DNA from: an uncultured Chroococcidiopsis sp.
GTDB taxonomy: Bacteria; Cyanobacteriota; Cyanobacteriia; Cyanobacteriales; Chroococcidiopsidaceae
Reading direction: 5' to 3'
NCBI GenBank assembly: GCA_964248365.1
Contig: CAXTYC010000004.1
Coordinates: 96,001 to 160,000, forward strand
DNA: 64,000 nucleotides
The notes under the pieces were generated by a model. The model made no database searches and had not been told where the DNA came from. It saw only the letters and a program-made list of their open reading frames with translations. Positions 1 to 10,945 of this stretch are shown in pieces (positions within the stretch are counted from its first letter, which is position 1; each line of letters begins with the position of its first letter). The position numbers were made by a program, and so were the translations under genes.

Positions 1-710
1 TGAGGCGTGTCAATATGGTCGTGAGAAATTTCCGAAATGTGCAGCAGACCGCTTACGCCACCAATGTCGATAAACGCACCGTAGGGCTTAATCCCGCGTA
101 CAGTACCAATTACGACTTCACCAACTTCTAGTCTGTTCATCTTGCGCTCAACTAATGCGCGGCGGTGTGACAGAACTAGGCGGTTGCGGTCTTCATCTAC
201 TTCTAGAAATTTTAATGGCAGTTCTTCGTTTACCAATTCTTCTTTTGGTTTGCGAGTGCTGATGTGAGAGCCTGGAATAAAACCACGCAAACCTTCAATC
301 CTGACTAATGCTCCACCGCGATTAGTGGCAAAAACAAGCGATCGCACTGTAGCGTCTTCGGTTTGTAATTGGCGCACTCGCTCCCATGCCCGCATATATT
401 CAATGCGGCGAATTGAAAGTGTTAGTTGTCCATCTTCATTTTCATCAGTCAGGATGAAAAATTCTCGTGTCTCGTTGGACTGCAATACTTCTTCTGGGGC
501 ATCTACCCGGTTAATTGACATTTCCTGAATCGGAATGTAAGCCGCCGTTTTTGCACCGATGTCAATCAGAGCGCCCCTTGGCTCTATACTGAATACCGTA
601 CCTGCTACGATATCACCGGGGCTGAAGTGATAGTCGTACTTATCGAGTAGAGCAGCGAAATCGTCGTGAGTAAAACCAATTTCTGTAGTACTTAATTTCT
701 GATTGACCAT
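1..710 (-). CDS. rps1: 30S ribosomal protein S1 (5' part; runs off the window start)
   Basis: Manual translation from ATG at 710: MVNQKLSTTEIGFTHDDFAALLDKYDYHFSPGDIVAGTVFSIEPRGALIDIGAKTAAYIP...GAFIDIGGVSGLLHISEISH, which are S1 repeats. Not in the ORF track. Confidence 0.96.
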   Translation of the reverse strand, partial: MVNQKLSTTEIGFTHDDFAALLDKYDYHFSPGDIVAGTVFSIEPRGALIDIGAKTAAYIPIQEMSINRVDAPEEVLQSNETREFFILTDENEDGQLTLSIRRIEYMRAWERVRQLQTEDATVRSLVFATNRGGALVRIEGLRGFIPGSHISTRKPKEELVNEELPLKFLEVDEDRNRLVLSHRRALVERKMNRLEVGEVVIGTVRGIKPYGAFIDIGGVSGLLHISEISHDHIDTP

Positions 711-933
711 GCTGGTTGTTTCCTGGGAATATTTTCCGAAGGTTTTTCCTCCTATCGATGTATATGCAAGCCGACTATAGGCAATATACACCTACATCTC
801 TAATTCAATCCTAGCGTAGCAGAACTGAATCTAAACGTTATTAGAGTACAGAACCATCATTATACCTGAGTGTTAGGAATGCGTGAACTTATAATTTTTT
901 AATTAAATTTAAATTAGATTTAAATTAGATTGT

Positions 934-1470
934 TCAGGGCAAAGGTGGTTTAATCAAAGCGGATTCGGATGAAGGCGAAAGCGAGTGCAAGTCTTCTACG
1001 TGGGTGCTTCTGGTTTCAATAGAGCCTGAAAGATCATCTAAAGCATCGACAAAATCTCGAATTCTTTTAAATTGACGATATACAGAAGCAAAACGCACGT
1101 AAGCAACTTCACTAAGCGCTCTTAAATGCTGGAGTACTAGTTCGCCAATTTCCAGGCTACTGACTTCTCGGCTGGTTCGCTGTTGCAGTTCGGATTCAAT
1201 TTCATCTACTATTGCTTCCATTCGCCCTGCTGGAATTCCAGTTTTCTGGCAAGCTTGGACGATTCCCCGCAATATTTTTGTTCGATCAAACGATTCCCGT
1301 TCTCCATTGTGCTTAAGTACTGTAATTGGCACAAACTCAATGCGTTCGTAAGTAGTGAAGCGGCGTTGGCAGCTTAGACATTCCCGCCGTCGTCGGATAC
1401 TTTGTCCGGCTTCGGTTGAGCGTGATTCGAGTACTCGGTTATCTGGATGCAGGCAGAAAGGACATTGCAT
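934..1470 (-). CDS. nrdR: Transcriptional repressor NrdR
   Basis: MQCPFC...[15 protein letters not shown] zinc ribbon, ATP-cone, AYVRFASVY. Confidence 0.97.
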   Translation of the reverse strand: MQCPFCLHPDNRVLESRSTEAGQSIRRRRECLSCQRRFTTYERIEFVPITVLKHNGERESFDRTKILRGIVQACQKTGIPAGRMEAIVDEIESELQQRTSREVSSLEIGELVLQHLRALSEVAYVRFASVYRQFKRIRDFVDALDDLSGSIETRSTHVEDLHSLSPSSESALIKPPLP

Positions 1471-1486
1471 AAGCAGGGGCGCTCTT

Positions 1487-1650
1487 GCTAGGGGCTAGGG
1501 GCTAGGAGAAAGCTGGGGAGATGGGGAGAGTGGGAGAGTGGGAGAGGGGGAGAATTATCAATTTCGAATGCGCGAATTTCCGAGTCCCTTTCCCTTTTCC
1601 CTTTTACCTTTTCCCTTCATACTTCATCCTTTACACTTCATCCTTCAGAC
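1487..1650. repeat. Short tandem repeat (STRR-type) intergenic tract
   Basis: GGGGCTA, GGGAGAGT, TTTTCCC and TTCATCC units. Confidence 0.8.
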
Positions 1651-1669
1651 TTTATAAATATGCAAATAT

Positions 1670-1697
1670 CCGCTGCTACCTGTATAGGTAACAGCGG
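1670..1697 (-). terminator. Hairpin downstream of psbT (probable terminator)
   Basis: CCGCTGCTACC-TGTATA-GGTAACAGCGG imperfect inverted repeat. Confidence 0.55.
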
Positions 1698-1749
1698 TTT
1701 CAAGATTGACTTCTTTGCCTAGTAACTTTGATTGTAAAGTAGCACTAAA

Positions 1750-1848
1750 CTACTTCTTTTCAATCCGAGGCGGTTCGCGGAAAGCGATCGCAAAGAAAAG
1801 GGTTCCAATGGCTAGGGCAAGAATCAAGATGTAAGCTGCGGCTTCCAT
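1750..1848 (-). CDS. psbT: Photosystem II reaction centre protein T
   Basis: Manual translation [32 protein letters not shown]; lies directly downstream of psbB. Confidence 0.96.
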   Translation of the reverse strand: MEAAAYILILALAIGTLFFAIAFREPPRIEKK

Positions 1849-1984
1849 ATCACAATTTCCTAATTCGATGCGTTCATACTGTTAGTCTATCAACCGAAAG
1901 AAAAGAACGGTTTAACAAACTGCCTCAGTGGTTGATACCGAAGCACTTATTTAACCGTTCTTAACCCTTAGTAACAAAGCTTAA

Positions 1985-3511
1985 TTAAGCTTCCTTGCGA
2001 CGAGTTGACTTGTCGCCCACTTTCTGGAACAGTCCCCACTCGACCTGCTCTTCGAGATCCGCTTCAACACCAGCAAACACATCTCGGAAGAGGGTGCGTG
2101 AGCCATGCCAAAGATGACCAAAGAAGAACAATAAGGCAAATGTGGCGTGTCCGAAGGTAAACCAACCTCTGGGACTGGTGCGGAACACACCGTCAGAGTT
2201 TAAAGTTTCTCGGTCAAAATTGAAGATTTCACCCAGTTGGGCGCGACGAGCATATTTCTTCACCGTAGCTGGAGCGTCAAATGTCTGACCATCCAGCTCA
2301 CCACCGTAGAAACTGGCGGTGATACCAGCTTGCTCAAAGCTATACTTAGATTCTGCCCGACGGAAGGGGATATCCGCCCGCACAACGCCATCTTTGTCAG
2401 TTAAGACTACAGGGAAGGTTTCAAAGAAGTTGGGCAAACGACGCACACTTAGCTCTCTACCTTCACCATCTTTAAATACGGCGTGACCTAGCCATGTTTG
2501 GGCAATACCATCACCTTTATCCATTGGACCTACGCGGAACAAACCACCTTTGGCAGGGTTGTTGCCCACATAGTCGTAGAAAGCGAGTTTTTCTGGAATC
2601 TCTGACCAAGCATCAGATAGACTTGCACCTTCTGCCACGCTTGCCCCAACACGCCGCTCCATTTCCTGTTGGAAATAGTTCTGATCCCACTGGTAACGAG
2701 TAGGACCAAACAGTTCAATTGGGGTAGTGGCGTGACCGTACCACATCGTACCAGCAACAACGAAGGCAGCAAAGAAGACTGCTGCAATACTGCTAGAAAG
2801 TACGGTTTCAATATTCCCCATCCGCAAGGCTTTATAGAGCCGTTCGGGCGGTCGAACTGTCAGGTGGAATAAACCTGCAATGATTCCGACGACTCCGGCG
2901 GCAATATGGTGCGCAACGACACCACCTGGGTTAAAGGGGTTAAAGCCCGCAGGTCCCCACTCCGGCGCTACTGGTTGGACGTGTCCAGTTAAGCCATAAG
3001 GATCAGAAACCCACATCCCAGGACCAAATAGCCCTGTTAGATGAAAAGCACCGAAGCCAAAGCAGAGTAGACCAGACAAGAATAAATGGATACCAAACAT
3101 TTTTGGCAAGTCTAAGGCAGGCTCACCAGTACGAGGATCTTGGAATAGTTCCAAATCCCAATATACCCAGTGCCAAACCGAAGCTAGGAACAACAGCCCA
3201 GAAAGGACAATATGAGCAGCGGCAACGCCTTCAAAAGACCATACACCAGGATCGGTTGCAGCACCACCCGTAACAGTCCAACCACCCCAAGATTGTGTAA
3301 CACCCAAGCGCGCCATGAAGGGCAGCACGAACATTCCTTGCCGCCACATGGGGTTAAGAACCGGATCGCTGGGGTCAAAAATCGCCAGTTCGTACAAAGC
3401 CATCGAACCAGCCCAGCCAGCCACCAATGCAGTATGCATCAGGTGTACAGAAATCAGCCGCCCTGGATCATTCAGGACGACTGTGTGTACTCTATACCAA
3501 GGTAGTCCCAT
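1985..3511 (-). CDS. psbB: Photosystem II CP47 chlorophyll-binding protein
   Basis: [37 protein letters not shown]..., 508 aa. Confidence 0.99.
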   Translation of the reverse strand: MGLPWYRVHTVVLNDPGRLISVHLMHTALVAGWAGSMALYELAIFDPSDPVLNPMWRQGMFVLPFMARLGVTQSWGGWTVTGGAATDPGVWSFEGVAAAHIVLSGLLFLASVWHWVYWDLELFQDPRTGEPALDLPKMFGIHLFLSGLLCFGFGAFHLTGLFGPGMWVSDPYGLTGHVQPVAPEWGPAGFNPFNPGGVVAHHIAAGVVGIIAGLFHLTVRPPERLYKALRMGNIETVLSSSIAAVFFAAFVVAGTMWYGHATTPIELFGPTRYQWDQNYFQQEMERRVGASVAEGASLSDAWSEIPEKLAFYDYVGNNPAKGGLFRVGPMDKGDGIAQTWLGHAVFKDGEGRELSVRRLPNFFETFPVVLTDKDGVVRADIPFRRAESKYSFEQAGITASFYGGELDGQTFDAPATVKKYARRAQLGEIFNFDRETLNSDGVFRTSPRGWFTFGHATFALLFFFGHLWHGSRTLFRDVFAGVEADLEEQVEWGLFQKVGDKSTRRKEA

Positions 3512-3709
3512 CGACTACGCTCCTCCTCGATCAGTTTTGTCTACAAGCAATTTTTCAGCTTTTGTTATTGCCATATGCTGACCATCTCTACAGGTGTCTC
3601 TTTATGAGTCAAACAGTGTTGATGGTTTAACATTGGTGATCAATACAAAAATGAGAATTATTAAAAAAGTGTAACTATTGCTCGTACTGAATGCAAGATA
3701 ATTGAGTAA

Positions 3710-3878
3710 GTAGTGAGTAGTGAGGAGACAGGAGACAGGAGACAGAAGTCAGAAGTCAGAAAACAGAATAGTTAATTCCTCAGCTCCCCTTTGCTCCCTT
3801 TTGCTCCCCTTTGCTCCCCTTTGCTCCCCTTTGCTCCCCCTCTTCCTCTAGCCCCTAGCCCCTAGTCCCTAGCCCCTC
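3710..3878. repeat. STRR tract
   Basis: AGTGAGT, GAGACAG, AGAAGTC, TTTGCTCCCC x5 and TAGCCCC units. Confidence 0.85.
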
Positions 3879-3881
3879 ATT

Positions 3882-4217
3882 TTACTGCACCACTAACTGG
3901 ATATTTGTGAGTCGGCAGATTGCTTCTGCTGCCCCTAGCCTCTCGATTACTTGCTCAGCATCAATCAGCCTTTTGAGTACAACTTGCCCGATCGCGCCAC
4001 CAGATGTATTGTCAGAAGGGAGATCCAGGGTTCTAACTTCTACTGTTAATACTGTATCTTCTACCCGATACAGCCACAATTTTTCATGGGTTGACTCTAG
4101 GCAAATGTTTAGGCGCTCAATATCTGGACTGCGTCGCCAAGCTGTTTCACTCCACAGTCCATCAGATGCCCAAACTCTGCCAATTGTCCATCCTTCAGTC
4201 AGAAAGAAATATTTCAC
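3882..4217 (-). CDS. Conserved cyanobacterial hypothetical protein
   Basis: 111-aa ORF MKYFFLTEGWTIGRVW...GQVVLKRLI; protein-like composition. Confidence 0.75.
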   Translation of the reverse strand: MKYFFLTEGWTIGRVWASDGLWSETAWRRSPDIERLNICLESTHEKLWLYRVEDTVLTVEVRTLDLPSDNTSGGAIGQVVLKRLIDAEQVIERLGAAEAICRLTNIQLVVQ

Positions 4218-4443
4218 ATTCTTCGGACTCTCGATTTGACATTTGCTCTATTCAGCCTACCGTGAACAGTTCAGGAGGGGATTTATTTAAAAATAATAAA
4301 TATTGTTAATAAATATTACGAATACCCAGGCGAGGTAGCCATGTCTGATGATAAATTGTCGATCTTAATGGCTGATATATTATTTTCCTATTAGGTGAAT
4401 GCCTTAACTGTTCTGCTATTGGCGATTTTTGGGAATGTGTTAT

Positions 4444-5058
4444 CTAGGGTAAGCGATCGCCATTACCAATAGCATTTTCTTCTATTGACACATCTTCATA
4501 TAAATCTACAATTGGGCAACGAAAGTTAATACTAGCCAGGTGAACTTCGCCTTGGGTGTAAGGGTATAACACCCAAAGCCCCTCGCAATTGCGACGGAAG
4601 CACTCAACACTCAAGCTTTCTGGATTAATCAGCACATATTCCTGTAAAGTTTCTAATCGTCGGTAATCAGCAAACTTGTTACCTCGGTCGAAAGCTTCGG
4701 TTGTAGGTGATAGTACTTCAACGATGAGACAAGGATAGCGCTTGAAGTAGCTAGAATTTATATCTCGTTCGTCACACGTTACCATCACATCTGGGTAATA
4801 AAAGACGTTGGCTGACTCAATTTGAGCTTTCATATCCGCCATGTAAACGCGGCAGCCAGTACCCCGAACATGGTTTCTTAGTAGTGTTCCCAAATTCAGG
4901 GCAATAGTGACATGGGCATCGCTTGCCCCTGCCATAGCGTACACTTGTCCTTGAATATATTCGTGCTTGACAGGGCTGTCTTTTTCTGCTGCTAGATATT
5001 CTTCTGGGGAGAGATAAGTATAGTTTTGGCTAATAGTCATGGGTTGCTCCTTTGCCAT
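4444..5058 (-). CDS. Uma2 family (DUF820) endonuclease-like protein
   Basis: KHEYIQGQVYAMAG, YYPDVMV, PCLIVEVLSPTTEAFDRGNKFADY motifs. Confidence 0.93.
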   Translation of the reverse strand: MAKEQPMTISQNYTYLSPEEYLAAEKDSPVKHEYIQGQVYAMAGASDAHVTIALNLGTLLRNHVRGTGCRVYMADMKAQIESANVFYYPDVMVTCDERDINSSYFKRYPCLIVEVLSPTTEAFDRGNKFADYRRLETLQEYVLINPESLSVECFRRNCEGLWVLYPYTQGEVHLASINFRCPIVDLYEDVSIEENAIGNGDRLP

Positions 5059-5167
5059 GTTCTGATCGTAGGCGATCGCACGTGGCGTTATTGTCAGATA
5101 ATAGTTAGGTAATTTTTGGTTGAAATAATAAATAATTAAATATTCCTGTAGGGGTAAATAAGATAAA

Positions 5168-5629
5168 ATGCTAATTAATCCTGAAGAAATACCAGAAAAA
5201 ACGAGTTCTAATTATCCTGAACAATTTAAACCATTGGTAGCAGGACGCTTTAAGAAACGCTTGGGTGATGTTGCTGGAATCAAAAATTTTGGAGTTAATT
5301 TAACAAAAATTTCCCCTGGAAGTTGCTCAGCATTGAGACATTGGCACAGCCAGCAAGATGAATTTATTTATGTTTTATCAGGTGAACTAATTTTAGTTAC
5401 TAATGATGGTGAACAAACTTTAACAGCAGGAATGGCAGCAGGCTTTCCGGCAGGGGTTGCCGATGGGCATCATCTAATTAATCGCTCTAATTCAGACGCT
5501 GTATATTTAGAAATTGGTGATAGAACACCCGCAGATCAAGTTAATTATCCTGATAACGATTTAGTAGCGAAATATAGTCCTAATGGTTGGATTTTTACTC
5601 ATCAAGATGGTAGTTTGTATACAATCTAA
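5168..5629 (+). CDS. Cupin domain protein
   Basis: SALRHWHSQQDEFIYVLSGE...GHHLINRS cupin motifs. Confidence 0.9.
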   Translation: MLINPEEIPEKTSSNYPEQFKPLVAGRFKKRLGDVAGIKNFGVNLTKISPGSCSALRHWHSQQDEFIYVLSGELILVTNDGEQTLTAGMAAGFPAGVADGHHLINRSNSDAVYLEIGDRTPADQVNYPDNDLVAKYSPNGWIFTHQDGSLYTI

Positions 5630-5645
5630 TTGAGCTTAGCAGTCA

Positions 5646-5861
5646 TTACCAATTCAAGCCCATTTTATTTGCCAATTCCTCCACTGAGATACTGCGATCG
5701 CCTGCTTCTATTTGCTTGAGTGACTGACTTAATCGCTGCTTAATTTCTTGTTGAGGTTCTTTACCCCAATCAGGATCATTGAGCAATTCTTGCAATGTTT
5801 CTGAAACGGTATCCCGAATCAAGGCTTTAAGTTCATCTGTTGTCATATCCTTAATTTGCAT
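5646..5861 (-). CDS. Small antitoxin-like hypothetical protein
   Basis: MQIKDMTTDELKALIRDTV...DPDWG...ISVEELANKMGLNW; resembles small cyanobacterial proteins I recall next to RelE/ParE toxins. Confidence 0.6.
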   Translation of the reverse strand: MQIKDMTTDELKALIRDTVSETLQELLNDPDWGKEPQQEIKQRLSQSLKQIEAGDRSISVEELANKMGLNW

Positions 5862-5955
5862 CTCAATCTCCTAGCTATGCACACTTCTCAAATTTAGTTT
5901 AGCCTATACAAGTAACAAGAAACTAAGTCATCTGCTGTATATACTAATGATTTCT

Positions 5956-7089
5956 CTATAAATGTTTCTTTTCATAATCACTTTTGCAATCTAAATGAAA
6001 CTTATAGTTATTAAAATAACCACCTATTACATATTTTGCTGTGATAGGCTGATGGCAATGCTCGCATACTAGCTCATGTTTTTTATTAGAGTCAGTTGCT
6101 ACGGATTTTTCGGATTTTTTATTAGGAGTTGTTTGGTATTTACTGACTGAATGTTCTAAGTGTAATAAACGTTTTTGGAAATCATGCAACAGTAAGTTAT
6201 TGCTTTTTTCTTCTAAAGTCTTAAATTTTTCTTCAACCCGAACTACAAAAGCCTGAAACTCTGTATCTATGAATGTATATAAAAAATCAGTTTCGCTGCT
6301 AATTTTTTCAATATCAAGGGCTTCCAGCGATTTTAGCTGACTTTGTATTTCTGTATGCGCTAGTGAAAGTTCTTGCGTTTTGCTGTTTACGCTTTGAACC
6401 TGCTGACTTATAAATTGAATTTCTCCTAAAAGGCATTTGTATAATTGGGTAGATTCTGTAGAGTCTAGTTGTAGCTTATTAACTAGCTCCTGTATCTGAA
6501 GCAATTGGTGCTGTAAGTCAGATATTGGTAAGTTATTAAACTGCTGCTCTAACTTTCGGATTTTTCCTTCAATACTAACCAGATTTTCCTGTAACTCTGT
6601 ATGCAGGTGCGCTGGGTTATGAAGTTGTAGAAGATTCTCTAAAACACAGATTCGCTGTTGTACATCAGCAACGCTGCGATCATTATTGATTTGCTGTAGC
6701 TCTAAATATGTATTACTTTGTTGTTGATTTAAAGTGTATAACTGCTCTGCAAAAGCAGAGTTATAAGCTTCTAGACGGTTTTCTATATCTGCTAGTTCAG
6801 TGCGAGTAGGCAACGAGTATAGAACTTTACTAATAAACTCTTGCTTGTCTGCAAACTTTTGCTCTAACTGAATAATACTAGCTTTGTGCTGACGTTCAAC
6901 TTCGTCTAATCGTTTTCGGTTAGATGAATTAAGGCTGATAGCTAAAGATAAGGGAATTGAAGTGATGGCAGCAAATGCAACTTGTTGAAAGATAATAGCA
7001 GCAATCGAGCTACCAATCGAACTAGCTACTAATAAAACTTCTGTTTTAGCAAACAAATTACGATTTGTATTATTTGACAATTTAACCAT
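5956..7089 (-). CDS. Membrane-anchored coiled-coil protein with C-terminal CxxC-x19-HxxC zinc-finger-like motif
   Basis: N-terminal hydrophobic hairpin (SLAISLNSSNRKRL), long Q/E/L heptad region, C-terminal CEHCHQPI...KFHLDC; AT-rich DNA. Confidence 0.75.
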   Translation of the reverse strand: MVKLSNNTNRNLFAKTEVLLVASSIGSSIAAIIFQQVAFAAITSIPLSLAISLNSSNRKRLDEVERQHKASIIQLEQKFADKQEFISKVLYSLPTRTELADIENRLEAYNSAFAEQLYTLNQQQSNTYLELQQINNDRSVADVQQRICVLENLLQLHNPAHLHTELQENLVSIEGKIRKLEQQFNNLPISDLQHQLLQIQELVNKLQLDSTESTQLYKCLLGEIQFISQQVQSVNSKTQELSLAHTEIQSQLKSLEALDIEKISSETDFLYTFIDTEFQAFVVRVEEKFKTLEEKSNNLLLHDFQKRLLHLEHSVSKYQTTPNKKSEKSVATDSNKKHELVCEHCHQPITAKYVIGGYFNNYKFHLDCKSDYEKKHL

Positions 7090-7295
7090 TTTTCTATAAT
7101 TTTTAACTTAGGGATTTTAATATCTAAGCTAAGATATAGAGATTTATAGTTACTTCAGTAAAATTGCTGTAACGTATAGTATTAAGTTAAGAATTTATTC
7201 TGGCTTTAAGAACAGAATGATTTTATGTATTTTTAGTAAAGTAAAAACGCTAAAATTGAATCTGAGTCCTTGCTGCTTTTAGTTGAAGCCCGACC

Positions 7296-9218
7296 ATGCG
7301 ATCGCACACCTCCATCGAATTCCAAGACACCTTTGATGTCATCATCGTAGGCGCAGGACACTCCGGCTGTGAAGCTGCCCTAGCCGCAGCACGGCTGGGT
7401 AGTCGTACCCTGCTATTAACGCTCAACCTCGACAAAATCGCTTGGCAACCGTGTAACCCAGCGGTGGGAGGTCCTGCTAAATCTCAGCTAACCCATGAAG
7501 TGGATGCCTTGGGCGGGGAAATTGGCAAAATGGCTGATCGCACCTACCTGCAAAAGCGGATACTCAATTCGTCTAGAGGTCCTGCTGTATGGGCATTACG
7601 GGCGCAGACAGATAAGCGAGAATACGCAGCGGTGATGAAAGGTATTGTCGAGAACCAAGAGAACTTGACAATTCGTGAAAGTATGGTAGTAGATTTGGTG
7701 TTGGGTGCAAACGATGAAGTAGTAGGGGTAGAAACTTACTTTGGTGTCGCCTTTGCCTGCAAAGCCCTTGTGCTGACGACGGGGACATTCCTCGGTGGAA
7801 GAATTTGGGTTGGTAATAAGTCAATGCCAGCAGGACGAGCGGGAGAATTTGCTGCTGAAGGTTTGACAGACACGCTGAATCAACTGGGTTTTGAAACGGG
7901 GCGGCTAAAGACAGGAACTCCAGCACGAGTTGATAAGCGATCGCTCGACTATAGCAAGTTGGAACCGCAACCAGGAGATCAAGAGGTGCGTTGGTTCAGC
8001 TTTGATCCAGATGTGTGGGTAGAAAGAGAGCAGATGCCTTGCTATCTCACTCGTACTACGACCCAAACTCACAGAATTATTCGGGAAAATCTACACCTGT
8101 CGCCAGTTTACGGCGGCTGGGTGGATGCGAAGGGACCGCGTTATTGTCCCAGTATTGAAGATAAAATAGTGCGCTTTGCCGAGAAGGAAAGCCATCAGAT
8201 ATTTATTGAACCAGAAGGGCGGGATATTCCCGAACTGTATATCCAAGGATTTTCGACAGGTTTACCAGAAGCAATTCAGCTTGCTATGCTGCGAAGTCTC
8301 CCTGGTTTGGAAAACTGCTTTATGCTACGTCCGGCTTATGCGGTTGAATATGACTACATACCAGCAACGCAGTGCTACCCTACCTTGATGACTAAAAAGG
8401 TGGAGGGTTTATTCTGTGCTGGGCAAATAAACGGTACTACTGGCTATGAGGAAGCAGCAGCCCAAGGGTTTGTAGCGGGGATTAATGCGGCTCGGTTTGC
8501 GCGAAATCAAGAAATGATTGTATTCCCGCGTGAGCATAGCTACATTGGCACACTAATTGATGATTTGTGTACAAAAGACTTGCGCGAACCCTACCGGATG
8601 CTGACAAGTCGCTCTGAGTATCGGCTACTGCTACGTTCGGATAATGCCGATCAGCGTTTGACACCCTTGGGACGGGAAATGGGTTTAATTGACGATCGCC
8701 GCTGGGAACTATTTACCCGCAAACAGGCAAATATTGCAGCAGAAAAAGAACGACTGCACACCACGCGGGTGAAAGAACTTGAGCCACTGGGAATTGCGAT
8801 CGCATCTGATACCAAACAAGCTATCAAAGGCTCAATTACCCTAGCTGATTTGCTGCGTCGTCCTGGTTTCCACTATGTTGATCTGGAGCGCTACAAACTA
8901 AGTAACCCAAATCTCAACACAGCTGAAAAAGAAGGCGCTGAAATTGATATTAAGTATTCTGGCTATCTCCAAAGACAGCAGAATCAAATCGATCAGATAG
9001 CTCGGATGGCACATCGCCAGTTACCAGCAGATCTAGATTATGCTGCGATTGAAACCCTTTCCAAGGAAGCAAGGGAAAAACTGGCTAAGGTGAAACCGTT
9101 AACGGTTGGACAAGCGGCGCGAATTGGTGGCGTAAATCCAGCTGATGTTAATGCTTTGCTGGTGTATTTGGAAGTGCGATCGCGTACTGCAACTACACAA
9201 TCAGCAGTTTTAGCATAA
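7296..9218 (+). CDS. mnmG: tRNA uridine-5-carboxymethylaminomethyl modification enzyme MnmG/GidA
   Basis: [57 protein letters not shown]. Confidence 0.98.
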   Translation: MRSHTSIEFQDTFDVIIVGAGHSGCEAALAAARLGSRTLLLTLNLDKIAWQPCNPAVGGPAKSQLTHEVDALGGEIGKMADRTYLQKRILNSSRGPAVWALRAQTDKREYAAVMKGIVENQENLTIRESMVVDLVLGANDEVVGVETYFGVAFACKALVLTTGTFLGGRIWVGNKSMPAGRAGEFAAEGLTDTLNQLGFETGRLKTGTPARVDKRSLDYSKLEPQPGDQEVRWFSFDPDVWVEREQMPCYLTRTTTQTHRIIRENLHLSPVYGGWVDAKGPRYCPSIEDKIVRFAEKESHQIFIEPEGRDIPELYIQGFSTGLPEAIQLAMLRSLPGLENCFMLRPAYAVEYDYIPATQCYPTLMTKKVEGLFCAGQINGTTGYEEAAAQGFVAGINAARFARNQEMIVFPREHSYIGTLIDDLCTKDLREPYRMLTSRSEYRLLLRSDNADQRLTPLGREMGLIDDRRWELFTRKQANIAAEKERLHTTRVKELEPLGIAIASDTKQAIKGSITLADLLRRPGFHYVDLERYKLSNPNLNTAEKEGAEIDIKYSGYLQRQQNQIDQIARMAHRQLPADLDYAAIETLSKEAREKLAKVKPLTVGQAARIGGVNPADVNALLVYLEVRSRTATTQSAVLA

Positions 9219-9329
9219 ACTCAAAAGCCTTGCTCATATCAAGACATACAAGCTGATATTCGGGAATTAATTCTGGAGAATCAGGGAATTTTACCCAATC
9301 TCGAATCGCGCTCCCTTTGACATAAATCT

Positions 9330-9779
9330 ATGACGAATCTCTACGAAACTGACTTTTACGCCTGGACACAACAACAGGCAAAACTCCTTAAAATCAAAGC
9401 TTGGGATGAGCTAGACGCTGCCAACTTGATTGAGGAAATAGAATCGTTGGGGAGAAAGGAACGACAAGAACTGAGAAACCGATTAGGGATTTTGATAGGA
9501 CATTTACTCAAGTGGCAGTATCAGCCACAATACCGTAGTAATAGTTGGTTGGCAACTATTAGGGAGCAGCGCCGAGAAATCCAAATCCTGCTGATTGAAA
9601 ATCCCAGCTTGCAATCTTACCAGGTGGAAGCGATTGAATTAGCATACCAATCTGGAATAGACCTGGCGGTTAGAGAAACTAATTTGCCTTATGAAGCCTT
9701 CCCACCTACCTGCATATATATGTTGGAGCAGGTTTTGAATGGGGAGTTTTTACCAGGAAGGGATGGCGATCGCGCGTGA
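9330..9779 (+). CDS. DUF29 family protein
   Basis: LYETDFYAWTQQQAKLL...LIEEIESLG...HLLKWQYQP..RSNSW. Confidence 0.93.
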   Translation: MTNLYETDFYAWTQQQAKLLKIKAWDELDAANLIEEIESLGRKERQELRNRLGILIGHLLKWQYQPQYRSNSWLATIREQRREIQILLIENPSLQSYQVEAIELAYQSGIDLAVRETNLPYEAFPPTCIYMLEQVLNGEFLPGRDGDRA

Positions 9780-9868
9780 GGCTTGGGAAAAACTGGCAAA
9801 GGTTAACACCGCTAATTGATGGACTGGCGCAAATTGGTAGAGTTTAATCAAGCTATAGGTGAAGATAA

Positions 9869-9964
9869 GTCAATATTTTGGGTGGTGGACAAAACTTCTT
9901 AAGCCCAGAGAGAAGATTGGATGCTGCTTTGTTAAGCAATCCAGAGTTATTTAAATTCTCTTAG
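9869..9964 (+). pseudogene. C-terminal remnant of a probable type II restriction endonuclease (HindVP/HgiDI-like)
   Basis: Reads VNILGGGQNFLSPERRLDAALLSNPELFKFS* with no start codon, ending 18 bp before the methylase ATG. Matches my recollection of the ILGGGQNLLSPERRFDA C-terminus of this family. Confidence 0.65.
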
Positions 9965-9982
9965 GGTAACGGTAACAAAGAT

Positions 9983-10945
9983 ATGAAAATACAGCCGAGT
10001 GAGTTTAGGATTATAGATCTTTTTTCAGGATGCGGTGGATTATCACTTGGACTTAAAAATGCTGGCTTTAATATGGTTGCTGGTTTTGATAACTGGGAAT
10101 TAGCTATTAATATCTATCGCCGTAATTTTGCACACCAATCTTTCGTGATGGATATTAGGAATTTAGAGGAATTTGCAGCCTTACAAGAATTTAACCCAGA
10201 CATCATAGCTGGGGGACCACCTTGCCAAGATTTTTCTAGTGCTGGAAAAAGAGATGAAAGCTTAGGGAGAGGAGATTTAACAACTTCTTTTGCTAAGATT
10301 ATAGCTGCTGTTAAGCCTCAATTTTTTATTCTGGAAAATGTTGATAGATTTGTGAAAAGTGCAAAGTATGAAGAAGCTAAGATAATTCTTCAATCTGCTA
10401 AGTACGGTCTAAGTGAAAAAATCCTCAATGCTAGTTTTTGTGGTGTTCCACAAAGTAGAAAAAGATTTTTTTGGATTGGCGAAATTAACGGAGAAAATAA
10501 GAAGCTGGAGCCTTATTTAGAGGCTAATCTATCTGCTGAACCTATGACCATTAGACAATACTTTAGAAACATAGGAAAAGATTTAGATATTGAGCATTAC
10601 TATAGACATCCAAGAAGCTATAAGAGACGTGGAGTATTTAGCATTGATGAGCCTAGCCCAACAATTAGAGGAGTTAATCGACCAATCCCCAAAACATATA
10701 AACCTCACCCTGGTGATTCAGCAGCGATATCACCAGCTATACGTCCTTTAACTACTCTTGAAAGAAGTTATCTACAAACTTTTCCAGAAAACTTTATTTT
10801 TGAAGGCTCTAAAACTGACATTGAGCAAATGATTGGAAATGCTGTACCTGTTAAATTAGCTGAATATGTTGCTCGGTGTCTCGCTAAATATATTACAGAC
10901 TGTTCTAAAAAGCCTTCTGAAAACTTACAATTATCAAGATGTTAA
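9983..10945 (+). CDS. DNA cytosine-5 methyltransferase (M.HgiDI-like; probable target GRCGYC)
   Basis: DLFSGCGG, GGPPCQDFS, ENV, PQSRKR, QMIGNAVP motifs; target-recognition segment YYRHPRSYKRRGVFSIDEPSPTIRGVNRP resembles M.HgiDI as I recall it. Confidence 0.92.
   Translation: MKIQPSEFRIIDLFSGCGGLSLGLKNAGFNMVAGFDNWELAINIYRRNFAHQSFVMDIRNLEEFAALQEFNPDIIAGGPPCQDFSSAGKRDESLGRGDLTTSFAKIIAAVKPQFFILENVDRFVKSAKYEEAKIILQSAKYGLSEKILNASFCGVPQSRKRFFWIGEINGENKKLEPYLEANLSAEPMTIRQYFRNIGKDLDIEHYYRHPRSYKRRGVFSIDEPSPTIRGVNRPIPKTYKPHPGDSAAISPAIRPLTTLERSYLQTFPENFIFEGSKTDIEQMIGNAVPVKLAEYVARCLAKYITDCSKKPSENLQLSRC

Noticed and set aside
325..3630. Short ORFs antisense to or overlapping rps1, nrdR and psbB (and similar ones across the window)
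   Set aside because: Shadow ORFs of well-supported genes with no independent motifs.
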